From the human T2T-CHM13v2.0 reference genome, Homo sapiens: a stretch of DNA of 64,000 nt. The stretch lies in NCBI RefSeq assembly GCF_009914755.1, contig NC_060926.1, one strand, 5' to 3'. Each line of letters starts with the position of its first letter. Position 1 is the first letter of the stretch. A model generated the notes under the pieces. The model did not search any database. It saw only the letters and a program-made list of their open reading frames with translations, and was not told where the DNA came from. This document shows, piece after piece, positions 45,921 to 58,710 of this stretch. Position numbers and translations under genes: made by a program.

Positions 45921-47071
45921 CTTCCTCCTTAATACTAAATTAGATCAAAACAGTGAGCGTGTGCAGCACAACGCTTGGGACAGCATGAACTTATTAAATA
46001 AACTGAACGTCCAGTGGGAAGCTAGAAATACAAAACTGAAGCTCAAACTGGACCAACACATCGCAGCCGAGGACCTGTAAGCATTCCACTTCAGTTCTTG
46101 AATATGAATTCATTTGACCCAGCGCATAGCTGTGTGCACACCCATGCACACTCATGTGTGCAAGAGTCCCAGTGAGGCAGTTTACAATTTGAAAGTGCAA
46201 GCCTACCACACTGGATAAGGAAACGGAAGACAACTGTCCTTATCTCTCTCTCCAGCCCTCCCTGATCCCTGCAGTCCTTGCCAATGCACTAAGAGACTTG
46301 TCACACGATAATGAAAAACTGAAATGTGATGGATTCAATTACAATTTATATTTTCACTTAACAATCAATTACCTTCCCCTTGTTGGTGGAACATCATTAA
46401 GCGATGATACCAGCTCTGGAGAGAAATCCTCTTGGGGAGGGGAGCAGCTAGCCCAGAGAGAGTTGAACAGGGTTTTGAGTCTCCCAGGAATCTGGGCAGA
46501 GGGAAGAGAGGCACGGAGCAGGAATAGTGGAAGGATTGACTTCCTGGGGCTGCCCAGGGGTGAAAAAAGAGGTGTTCTCTGCCTGTCTGTGCCAAGAAAG
46601 AAGGGGTTAGGGAATCCCCACCTTTCTCTGGACCCTCTTCGTCTACCTGTGGGGGCGTCCCTGGGATCTAAAATAAACAAGAAAGTTGAAGCTCCCCCTT
46701 GGATGTCACCCAGAGAAGCTGATCCTGAAGTTAAATATTTGCAAAGCGGGGGTGAGCAAGATAGACTTGCTGAGGACCCAGCAAGGGTGCACTAGGGCAC
46801 AGGCAGCCTCCACTAAGATCCTTCAAGAGGTTGGGGGAGGCTCCATGTTTGCTTGCTCCCCAGGTGGGCTTTGTAGAACTTAAGAGGCTCTCTGGGGCTC
46901 GGCCTCTTGGAAACAGCAGCGATAAGCCCTGCACAGATGGAGCAGCCTCCAGACAGCAGCCGCCTGGGAGGATGAAAATTGAAATCCCAGCTTTCCTTCA
47001 GAAAGATGGAAAGAAGGGAGGGAATCCCAATGCAGAGTTCTCCATCTCTCTCACTTTCTCTCTCTCTCTCT

Positions 47072-47090
47072 TCTCCACAAGGGGGCGCAC
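47072..47090 (+). promoter_or_regulatory. Candidate CTCF site
   Basis: tctCCACAAGGGGGCGCac; 13/14 match to the core CCACCAGGGGGCGC, with the CpG retained. Confidence 0.6.
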
Positions 47091-47220
47091 AGCCTGAAGC
47101 AGCTTCCCTTCTAACAACCCCCCAATTTTGCATTTTCAAGCATGCAAATCTGACTACGTCATTTATGCTTAAAACCTCTCATTGCTATAAAATAAAGCCT
47201 AAATTATTTAGCATGGCATT

Positions 47221-47753
47221 TGAAGGGGATCAGAATATGCCACCCTGAAATATGTCCCTTTGGCATGTGGATTATTTTGAGCTGAAGGCAATTGAGAATC
47301 AACAGATGGAGGAAGAGTTCTCTGACCCCCGAATCTGTCTAAAAGCAGGGACAAATTTCCCTTTGTGAAGGTGACTCTCACCCTGCACTAGGAAGGGAGG
47401 GCAGAGTGACTCTTATCACCAGAGATGGGAGTCAATACCAAGATGAGTTGGCATAACAGACCTTACTAAAATAACCATTGTCTTCCACTAGTTCCCCAAT
47501 ATATTTCCTAGTCACTTCCCCATAATTTATCATCCCTTCAAAGCCCGAATTCTCTTTCCTTTGTTAAAATGGTATATAAACCCCTAAGTCTAACTGCCTC
47601 TTTGAGTTTTGCTGATTTTTTTCTGTGGACTCATGTTCACATAAATATTAATAAAAATTTTGTGCCTTTTCTCCTGTTAGCTGTCTTTTGTCAGGCATGT
47701 AGGTTCAGTAACTGAACCTAAGAGGGTAGAAGAAAAGTTTTTCCTCCCTGACA
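47221..47753 (+). mobile_element. MER34-family (ERV1) solo LTR, inserted in an L2 remnant
   Basis: TG...CA ends; tgaaggggatcagaatatgccacc start; TATA (gtatataaa) and aataaa; 4-bp TSD catt at 47217-47220 and 47754-47757. Confidence 0.85.
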
Positions 47754-48053
47754 CATTCAAAGTCCTTCTCAATCTTGCTTCTGTCTCACACACCTTCCAG
47801 GCCTCCTAAACTTGACCCCATTCTTTAACCACTAAGTGCCTCCTGGAATTTACAAACATTTTTTGCATTTTCACATCTTCTCCACTTGACCGCACTCTAT
47901 TAAGCTTTTGAAGTTCCTTTGAATATTTCCCTCTCCTGAAGCCTTCCTTCAATGTCCCCAGGAGATTGATGCCTGCTTTACCTTGTTCTGAAGGCACTTT
48001 TATAATCCCACACCATTATAATAATTATGGCATAATGAATGTTCGTTCCTTTA

Positions 48054-49609
48054 TTTATATCCTCTCTTCACAATGTTCACATTCTTTGTTTCATTAATTC
48101 CAAGTTGAAAAGCACACAGTAAAGAGAGAAAGCCTGAGAGCAGTAAGTTCTACTTCTATCCAGCTGTTTGCTCAGACAAATTGCTTAACAATTCAGCACC
48201 TCAGTTTCATCATCTGTAAAATGGGATTGCTATAACCTATCTCTTCAGTTGTAGCTACATGAAATGAGTTGCTGCATGAAAACCCCTTGGCTCAAATCCT
48301 GACTCACAGTAAGTGTTCAATAAATGCTGGTTATTAGCTATTTGATTTTTTGTTTACTTGGAATTTCATGAGCGTGTCCATTAAATCTTAATGATCTTTG
48401 TACCCAACGTCAAAAAGGCTATCACAGAGCTTGGTGTTTCATAAGCTCTCGAAAGAAAAACAAGATGTGTACCGAATGAATGAGCAGTCACTATGTACAG
48501 ATATTGTGAAAACAGTCACTGCTGGTATTCAGAACTGCAAATACATAGTTTTGTGTAATATTTCAACTGCTGATCCTGTCAAATGTGCTTACGTGGAAGT
48601 ATTGTGAAACATTTTAAGGGCTGATACTGTCAAATGCATTGAGGAACCACTGTGAATGTTGACATTGTCAAATGGGGTGTCAAACATGGTTATATGAAAA
48701 CAATGTAACAGCAGCGTATGTGACATATAGATTTATATTAAAGATATTGTACCAAAGAGCAAGGTTAAAGCATAGCACAGTCCCAGTAAAATTCAAAGTC
48801 CTACCTTTCAGCTCATTGTGTTAAAACTACAATGGATCCAGAAATTAGGCACATATTAATTATTTTCAAAACATTATGTTGTTCTTGTGGTTGGGGGGGG
48901 AGGCACGTAAAATTTAGAATTAAGGGCTCCTAACTTAAGATTGCCCTAGGAGGAGTGGCAAAGGTGTCCCTCTTGCCCCACAGTGAGGCTTCTGCACACC
49001 TTTTAGTCTAACTTCATGGAGCTGGGGACTGCTGTGTGAGCAATGAGGTAGGGTGGTCTAGGTGTTCAGATGGCAATCTGGGTCTTTGGTCATAAAGGCT
49101 GGAGTCTGCCATTACTCAGGCAAGCCCCAGTAAGGGTCAGCAATGAGATGCTCTCTGTCCCTTTGCATAGGGGTTCTGATCTGGCAGTGACAGTGGGGAT
49201 CCTCTAGGATGGCCTGGATGACATAACCCAACCCATGCCTCACCCAGAGCTCCACTGTGATGACATCCTAATTTCCAAGACCCTGGAATTGGCTTTCACA
49301 CGTTATATTATTTTCTCTTTCTCAAAGGTAGCCATTGTTTTCCAGCTCAAAATCAAAATAAACACAAAAGACAAAAAAAAATCCTTTCCTTTACATTGCA
49401 TTAACTTGTCTATTGTATCCAGGAGAGAAAAATTATGGTTCTTTTTTACATCTACTGGTCACATCATATCTGAAATCAAGTGTTCAGGTTAGGAAAGGGA
49501 ATCATAGAATTACCTAAAATTTTTGGCATCAAGAATCACAAAATGTTTTTCTCCTCTGTTTATATCCTCTGTTTACAATGTTCACATTCTCTGTTTCATT
49601 AATTCCAAG
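48054..49609. repeat. Dispersed 51-bp direct repeat (48054-48104 and 49559-49609)
   Basis: 48/51 identical: tttatatcctct...caatgttcacattct.tgtttcattaattccaag. Confidence 0.9.
48110..48340 (+). mobile_element. MIR
   Basis: cctcagtttcatcatctgtaaaatggg core. Confidence 0.8.
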
Positions 49610-50117
49610 CCTGGGAATTAACCCGTAGAAAATTATCCCTGATGTGGCAAAGATTCCAGAGATTTTCATCAGAGCATCATTTAAAATAGGAAAAACGTTA
49701 TATAAGCTGGACATAATAAATATGTAATAATGATAGATTAGGTAAATTGAGAACAAATGGTGTAATGTGATATGGTGTGCGTCTATTGAAATGGAGTTTG
49801 AAAAAAGGTCTTGATATCAGAAAATATTTATAACATCAGAGAAAAACAGCAACACAAATTTTACACAAAATGAGTATGTTCGTGTATTTGTATCAGTGAT
49901 ATAAAACAATACAATGGTCCTACCTGGGTACTGTCATTATGTAAGATTTTTTAGGGTCTCTTCCATGTGTTTTCTATATTTTCTAAGTTTTCTACAACAT
50001 TTCTTCTTGATGCTAATATGCATCCTTGCAGACTATTTGTGCATTTAATGCAGTGTTTCTTTTTTTTCTCCCTCTCACCCCAATTACTGTTAAATTGATG
50101 GTGTGTCTTAAGTCAAT

Positions 50118-50460
50118 TGTATTTGTTTGCTAGGGCAACTGACATAATGAAGTACAACAAACTGGGTGGCTTAGACAACAGAAGTTAGAAGCCGGAGGTT
50201 GAAGATCAAGATGTGGGCAGGGCTGTTTTCTCCTGAGGCCTCTCTCCTTGCTTGTCCTCACAAGTCCTTTCCTCTGTGCATGCACATCCCTGGGGTCCCC
50301 TCGTCTTATAAAGACACCAGTCCTATTGGATCAGGGCCCCACCCTGATGACCTTGCCTCACCTTAATTACCTCTTTAAAGTCCTGTCTCCAAATACTGTC
50401 ATGTTAGGGGTTAGGGTTTCAATGTATGAATTGGGGGGAAACACAATTCTGTCCATAATA
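50118..50460 (-). mobile_element. MLT1B-like solo LTR
   Basis: 5-bp TSD tcaat at 50113-50117 and 50461-50465; cttataaagacaccagtcctattggatcagggccc. Confidence 0.85.
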
Positions 50461-51056
50461 TCAATGGGGTCTTAGAATCAAGAAAATGCAGCATAACTTT
50501 CACAATCCATGAAAAGAATGAGCATTTATTGAAGGAAACAAGAGCCATCACCACGCCTCCTCCTATGGCTGGGATGCTATGGCAGTCAGCTGACCCATCG
50601 CTGACCATTGCAGAGTCCAGGACAAACCATCAGGTGAGAGGTTAGACCTGGAATCCCTCTTCATCAACACGCCTCCCCCAATTCCCCAGTTCAAAAATGG
50701 CTCCACCATATTCTTCTCTATCGTTTCAACAATAACGTGATCCCCCTTCTGTATGCCCACTCTGACAACTCTCACACGACACTCAGGGCCGATATTTTGA
50801 CCCAGACCATAATGAGTCTTATATTATAATTTAACCCTTACGGAATAAATCTTTTATCTCCAACCACAGAGTGAAATTCTCCTAGCTCACTCCTATTCCT
50901 CCTCAACCAGCTGCTATTTTGGAAAACATTCTTTAATTATTCCCCATCCTGAAGCAAGTCTAAGATAGGTGCTCCCTTCTGAGCTCTCAGGGCCACTGTC
51001 AGTTTTGCTTCACCCATTTATTGGTCTATCAACCTTACACATATGCATGTGCACTC

Positions 51057-51319
51057 ACACACAAACACACACACACACAAACACACACACAAACACAATA
51101 TACACACAAACACACACAGACACAAACACACACACACAAACACACACACACAAACACAACATACACACAAACACAAACACACACACACAAACACACACAT
51201 ACACACAAACACAACATACACACAAACACACACACACACAAACACAACATACAAACACAAACACACACAAACACAACATACACACAAACACAAACACACA
51301 AACACACACACACACACAC
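51057..51319. repeat. Compound CA-rich VNTR
   Basis: (CA)n interrupted by aa, with recurring acacaaacacaacataca units. Confidence 0.95.
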
Positions 51320-51329
51320 GGTGTGAGCT

Positions 51330-51570
51330 CCTCAGTGCTAGAAATTCTGTCTTAGCCAACTGTCCACATTCATGGCCCAATACAGTCACGTATTAGCTAT
51401 GTGTCCTTGGGCAAATTACTTAATACTTAACCTCTATGCCTCAGTTTCCTTCTCTGTAAATAGGGATGATGCCATTATCTACCTCGTAGGATTGCTGTGA
51501 AAGCTAAACGAGATGGTGAAATTGAGAAAGTGCTGGCCCAGAGTCAGTGCTCAAATGTGACTGATGATGA
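51330..51570 (+). mobile_element. MIR
   Basis: ccttgggcaaattactt...cctcagtttccttctctgtaaatagggatg. Confidence 0.8.
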
Positions 51571-54500
51571 TTATGACGACAATGGTGCCATACTCTGAGC
51601 ATGTCAAGAGGAGGGAAGGAAGCTTCATCTGAGCAAGGGGAAAGTAGTCTCCACCTTTTCCCTCTTCTGTGAGACCTACCACAGATCTGTGTACTGGAGT
51701 CATTTCTCAAACCAGGACTTAAAGTAAATGAATGATTTGGGCTTCATCTTACCTGGGGACCTTGGGTTTTGTAATGACAAACAGCAGGTGGGCTCTTAAG
51801 AGTTTAACCATCATTGATTGTGGCTGGGAAGAAGAGATGGATAAATGTCCTGTATTCAATATGGAAAGTCAACACTGTTCAACCCCAAATACTTGAACCT
51901 AAATAGTTCCTTCACAGCTCCTTGTCCTGATCAATGAGTGGCCTGCAAATATCCCAGCATTTCCTTCTTCTGTGCAGTGCACTCTGCCTGTGACAGGCCA
52001 TCATGGGGCACCCCATCCACACCTCCAGGAATATCCCTGTCCCACTGTGAACGCCATAAGTCGGGACCACGGCAGAAAAGCGCTACAAGGGTCAACGAAA
52101 GCCACCTAATCTGACTCTGAAACATCACCTCTGAGAATGTATCTTCATAACATTATTGAAAAGGAGGAAGCTCCATGTGTATGAAGATATTCACCACACT
52201 AGCATCTATAATTTTGAAGATACTAATAACCATACAAGAAAAGTTCAGTGTGCCCTAGCATTTACAATAGAATATTCTACCATTATGAAGAGAAGTAACT
52301 GGAAGTCTGCACTTACAGCTAAAGGAGAGACCAAAATTGTGTCTGCACTATGATTACAGTCATGTGAAAATATGTATTCTGTGGCCAAAACACAAAGTAT
52401 GCCAAGTATCCAGTTATTCTCTTAGGAAGGAAGGGAATTGGGGGATTAGGAAAGTGTCTTCCAACATTAAAAAAGAAAAAATCCTCAGTGTTTTTATAGG
52501 AAGGAGTATAGGCTAAGATCTACTTCACAGGTGGTTCCCAGATGTTTGGGAATGCTTCCTAACACAAGGGGGTTTTGCACGTGGGCAGCCCCTGTTGACT
52601 GTCACTGTTCTAAATATTCCATAAAATCCCCAGGCAAAAAGTGCTTCCCAGGAACATTATCCTGCATGGATGGGACTCCTGTCATTGGTGGCTGCCTATT
52701 CCTTCTTCAGAGTTTTCCCAATTTTAAGAGACTTCTGAAATCTTTCCTTTTGTTTCCTCCTTGTTTTGTATACTTGAATTATTAATTTAACTAATCAACT
52801 GGTGCCCACTAAATGTTTCTGAAGAGCTTCTCCACTTGTTTCTATGACTTGGGTGACATTCAATTCTGCACTCCAATGGACACACTCCAAGGGTTCAATG
52901 CCACTCCCTCAAACAAGGCACCCCACGAATCACTGCCAGGGCCTGCCAGTTCACTCACAGTCCAGGTCAGAGCAGGGCTGGCTGGAGCCCTAATATTTTT
53001 CAGATTTTGGTTCCATTTCAATAATGTTCTAAAATGTGTCTCAACACAGTGGGATATAAACATGAGTTTTTTTCGATTCACTGCCTTTAATCAAGCCTCA
53101 TCTAATCACCCATTCCCATCTCCTAATAGCACCTTCATCAAATTTCATAACTTTCTGATCACTTTGGGTTATTAAAAGTCAGATATGTTTAAAACTTCAA
53201 TCTCAAACTTAATTTAAATCGTTCTGCTCCCTTCCCCCAACCCCCAGCAAGGCTGACAGGGACCCTGACTGCTTGGAGTGAGGAACTCTGGACCCTTAGG
53301 CCTCTCAACCCTTAAAGGCTTGGCTTCTCTGGAGCTCAGGGTGGAAAGAGCATGGAACAGGAATGCAAGCTTGGTAGTTAACTCTGCTGTTGGCCTCAAC
53401 TCTCACCAACAAGCCTCCATCCGGGGCTGCTCCCCTCCCCTGCACACTCCTCTGAGATGGGAGGTCCAACTCCAGCTCTTACCTCTCCGTGTACCTTGGC
53501 ACACTGCAGTCTCCTGCTGCTGGGGCCCACCACCCACACAGCAGCAGGTGCCAAAACAGGCAGGGCAACTCAAGCCCACCCACCTTCCACATTGTCCACT
53601 GGACCCATGGAAAATTCATGTCCTCTTAAAACACTGAAATGCAGACACGCAGGCTTGTCTCTGGTCACACTGTGTTCACGCTGCCCTCTCTCCCTCCTTG
53701 TCTCTCCTCCTGCTCTTCCAAGCATAGGGCCAGATCAGAAGGTTGGTGATCTAAGCAGACGTTTAATTCACAAATTAGAATATGAGCTTCTTCTTCTAGT
53801 TATAGGCACCCTCAATTCTCTTGAGCCCCTCCCTTGACTTGGGGAATTAGAGGTGAATGGAAGGGCGAGAGGTTTGCCTCTCATAATGAACCCCATGCTG
53901 CAATGACTTTAGCTTACACTTTCTCTCCCCTCCAATCCCTTCTCATATACACACTGGGAGGGACCTGGGGCAGAGCTGGTGGCAGCAAGGCTAGTGCTGT
54001 ATGCGAGTGCTGGCAGTTCCCTCCAGCTTGCACAGGACTTACCATCTCTTTGTCCTCAATTTCAGCCCCAGTGACCAATTCTAGATCAACAGGAAAATCC
54101 ACTCAAGTTTTTATTTCAGATGTGAGTTTAGATGTGGGTCCATATCAGCCTTCTCTTTCTTTTGAGCTTAGTTCACATTTGAGAAAAGGATAAAATCAGG
54201 TTTCACCTGGCTCTGGCTTTAGTTAAAGAGTGAAGATCAAAGACCGACTAAACATGAAACAGGGCTGAGCTGAGCCAGCTGGAGGGCCCAGCTGCAGAGG
54301 GTGGGTACTGCATGGGTCGGGTGGGGAGTGAGGGAAGCACCAGAAGAGCTCCTGTCCGTGGACCCACCCGGCATGTGGACACACCAAGAGATCTCCAGGG
54401 AGCCATAGCGCCTCCATCCTCAGACACTCCCCACTGACTCACAGCTGATGTCTTTCCATTGTTCACCTCTTTGGACTTCAACATCTGTAAAATGGGAAGA

Positions 54501-54679
54501 AACATGTCTTCCTCAACAGGATGCCAGAGAACTTAACGAGAGATACTCTATGTGAAGCACATAGGACAATGTTTAGCACATAAGGAGCACAATGAATTCC
54601 CAACCCACCAAACTCCCTAGAGAGACCACATGAGTAGGAAGTACATGGTCCTTCTGCCTTCATAGCTCTCAATGGTCCA

Positions 54680-55390
54680 GCCACTTCTCAGCAGTGCCAC
54701 TGCACCAGGCCCACTGCAACAGTCTCCGCTCTGAATCCCTGCTTCCACCCTTGCTCCCACCATCTATTAGAATGATCCTGATGAAAGGTAAGGTGGATCA
54801 TGACACTCCTCTGCACAAAACCCTGAAATGGCTACTGTCCTCATCAGAGTGGATGACAAAGTCCTCACAATCACCAGCAAGGCCCACATCTTCTGTCCCC
54901 AATTGTTGTCTTGTCCTATGACTCCTCCTTCCCTTTCTCCATCACACAGGCCACTTCAGATAAAGCAGACCTGTTTCTGCCTTAGGGCCTTTGACTGAAT
55001 CATCCCTCTGCCTGCAATGTTTTTTCTCCCAGTATTTACCCTGCCATCCCTTACTTCTTTCCAGTCTCGCCTCAGATGTCACCTTCTGGTGCAGCCGTCC
55101 CTGACCACCCTATTTATAATTGCATCATTCCCCCACCTGCCCCATGACATGCCCCACCCCATTCCCATTTTATCTTCTGCATATCATTTTTTCTTCTAAC
55201 ACACCACATAACTTGCTAATTTATTTTCTTGCCTGTCTTCCCCTTCCCACACACATACATTAGCATGTAAGTTCCATGAGGGCAAGAATTTGTATCAGTG
55301 TGATTCACTGCTGTGTCCCTAGCATCTAGGGCAGTACCTGGCACATAGTAGGTGCTCAGTAAACATTTGTTGAATGAAGGGCTGAATGAA
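54680..55390 (+). mobile_element. L2a-like 3' end
   Basis: Ends cctggcacatagtaggtgctcagtaaacatttgttgaatgaa. Confidence 0.88.
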
Positions 55391-58250
55391 CACAAGGACA
55401 TGAGTACTTGTGAGCCGGAAGTGTAAGACCCAGTTAACTGCTCAAAAAGCCAGATCCAGTCTCTCTGCAGCTTAGGATGATGCTGAGAATGAATCAGAGG
55501 AAGGATGAAGTCAGTTTGGAAGAGAATCTCTGAGCTGAGTAATTGTTCTCCACCCCTGCCTCATCTCAATTTAGACCCAACACTGAAAATTCATTCTGAA
55601 AACATCCTCTTTAGTCGCTCAATCATTTATTTCCTCTGAACGCCAACTTGTCTGGGGACCAAAGTCCACAGCTCTTGCAAGTAGAAGCTGTGCCAAGCAG
55701 AAGAAAAAGCTAAATGATTCTTTAACCATTTTGACTTCAAAGAACAAACGTGCTGCCTCAAAGCCTCCCAGCTACTCCCCGGGCTCTCTCAGGTACCTGC
55801 CCTCTCAGACACTTTTTGCCCAGAACATTGACTCACCCCTTGGATTGAAGGGACACAATCCTTTCATATAGGTGAGTCTCTTCTCTCATAAACTGCAAGC
55901 AAAGCAACAGTTAGGTGCAAGACTATGATTAACCGTCAAGTGCTTGCTCCATCTAAAGGCATTTAAACTAAAATAAATAAGTAAATTGCACCGTTCAAGT
56001 CAAACAAAACACTCTACACCTGCAAACTGCCAGTCTTGATTGCAAGCTTAGCCCCTACAGCAATGTGGAAATATAGCAGGCACTACATAAATACCTCCTG
56101 ACTGTTGACTGACTCTCTTGGTACAAAGTACTCACCCAGGTCATGGAAAGCAGCCTAGACCGGTATTAAAAATACCTAATTCAGGAAGAGATTCTCCCAT
56201 TGTGTAGACATAGTGTGTGGAATGTTTGTTTCCCGTTCCTCTTTCCCCTGGTTCCTAATCCAGAGGGTCTGTGGGGTATCTGTGAACTCACTAGTCAGCA
56301 GACAGAGCATGAGGATGTATCTGCATGTATGCAGGCAATGGTGAACACAGGAATACAGAGGAGATAACTGGGGGTAGGGAAGGAAGAGTCAGCTCTTCCC
56401 ATTCTAGTGGAACCTCTATCCTAGGTTGAGTTTTTAATTAGTGTTCAAAGCCCTTCCATCAAGTTCATACAGTCCCTGCTTACCAATCACACATATGGGT
56501 ACTGACCCACACACCCACACACCCCTACATGCCTCTCTGACCAGCCTTCCTTCTTTCCTTTCCTAAATCCACTTTGGCTTAATCTACTCAGTAGCCTTTA
56601 GAAATCCTCAGGACATTTGTGGTGTTAAAACAAGTGTATTTCCATTGTATTGCACCTGTATTTCTTGTAAAGAGCAATTTCATTTTGTGTCTCCATTGTA
56701 TTCAATCTGACTTTTGCACTCTGAAACTTCTTCAAACAAAGCTCTACTTGTGAAGCAGGAAACACAGCTGACAGCCTCATGATCACCCAGTATTTTTTTT
56801 TCAGAATGAGGAAATTCACACAGGGCTCAGCCTAGAGCAGGCCAGCCCAGTAGCAGCTTCATCCCAGTGAAGGGGAGAAACACAGCCTCCATCAGTTGTA
56901 AGAAGAGTTTTAAAGGCTGTAGGAGGCATTACCCCTTCTCCAACTCCTCATCTCCCCACAACACAGACAGGAGACTCAGGAGCTGGAGAGTGAATGAGTG
57001 AATACTAAATTATTACAACAACCTCTTCAATCATCTTTTGACTCTAATCTTACCTCCATTCAAATAATTCTCCATTTCAAATCATTCAAATAATTTCCAG
57101 AGGGATCTTCCATGTCACTCTTGTCCTTAAAGCTGCTCAGTGTCCTCAGGGTAAGTCCAGTCTTCTCAGCTTGGACTTTCCTCATGTAGGTGCAAAATAA
57201 TTTCTGTAGTTCATCTCTGGCACTTACTCCCTCCCCCTACCATCCATCCAGCCAGCCAGATCCACCTTCTTTCATTTGAGGCATAGACCATCTTCCCTAC
57301 CACCTTTGGCCCTGTGGCCCTGTGCCTAGAACATTCTTCCTTCCCCCACTCCACCCCTTTTTTGGTCAATCTTGTCCTTGGTTGAATGAAGACAAAGGTG
57401 GAATAAGTGATGGGCTCAAGTGGACGTGTCCAGTCTGGGAGTTCAGGGGAACTATGTCTGTCCCAGGTTGGCCTTGGGGAATCACCATGTAGCCCCTGAG
57501 ACTTTCAGCTCACCATTGAAAAAGGAGTGCCTGCTGGTGGGCAGAGGAGTCTTGGAGAGACCTCGATGGCCTAAGGGATGTCCCAAGAGAGTACACAGCA
57601 ACGATGTGCCCAAGAGGAGCAGCACCCCAGAGCTAAGCAGCTGCCCCCATTTCTTCCCTGGCTCCCACTGTTTTCCATGCCAGAAATAGCCAGCATCATT
57701 CCTCAAGCAAAGCTTCTCTTCCTTTCTCTAAGTAGCTACACCCCACTGTGTGTGAATGAGTTGGTTCTATCAGCAGGACCACAGTACTTAGGGCGAAGAT
57801 TCTAACCAGCCCCATTAGCAGCAGCTACTAGCTTGGACAGAACTCACCAAATCATTTCATCTGTGCTGGGTGTTCCACCTGCAGGTCATAGAATATTCAG
57901 AACAGTAGACTCAAAATAAAGCCCATCGGAGCAGAACACCCCAGGGTCTGGAGAGAAACAGCTCAGATCACTGGCGAAAGAAAAGCTTCACCCACACATG
58001 TGCTTTCACCATGTCCAAGGAACAGAGGCCTGAGGAAGCCCTTGGGGATCTGGAGAAGACATACCCAGATGGCCTGGGGAGTTGCTTTACATGACAGTTA
58101 GGAGATGGGAATCAGTTCAGAATAGAGAGAAATGTCTACTTCATTTCATCAGGAGTTGCAGTGCAGAAAATGGTTTGTAACAAGAAATGGAAAGAACAAA
58201 GGCATTCCTTAAATAGTTCTTCTCAGTTTAAGAGCTGATATGAACAAAGC

Positions 58251-58710
58251 TATTATGGGTTGAATTGCACCCCACCTCCCCAAAATTCATATGTTGAAGG
58301 CTGAACCCCCCCACCCAGTATCCCAGAAAGTGATCATATTTGGAAATAGAGTCATTGAAGATGTCACAGTTAAGATGGGCTCATTAGGGTGCACCTTAAT
58401 TCAATATGACTGGTGCCCTCATAAAAAGGAGAAATTTAGACACAAAGCCACAGACAGACAGAGAACTCCATGTGAGGATGAAGGCAGCCATCTGGGTGAT
58501 GCTTTTACAAGCCAAGTAATGCCAAAGATTGCCAGCAAACAACCAGGACCTAGGGAAGGCATCTGGAACAGATTCTTCTTCACAGCCCTCCAAAGGGACC
58601 AACCTTGACACTGGACTCCTGGACTACAGAATTGCAAGACAATAAATTTCTGATGTATAAGCCACCCAGCTTGTGGTAATTTGTTATGACAGCCTCAGGA
58701 AACTAATACA
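58251..58710 (+). mobile_element. MLT1C-like solo LTR
   Basis: ttatgggttgaattg...caaaattcatatgttgaag...aggaaactaataca. Confidence 0.85.

Noticed and set aside
46298-46795. 165-aa ORF
   Set aside because: Non-ATG start and no recognisable domain; length is plausible by chance in 64 kb.
50969-51396. His/Thr-rich and Cys/Val-rich ORFs
   Set aside because: Translations of the CA repeat.
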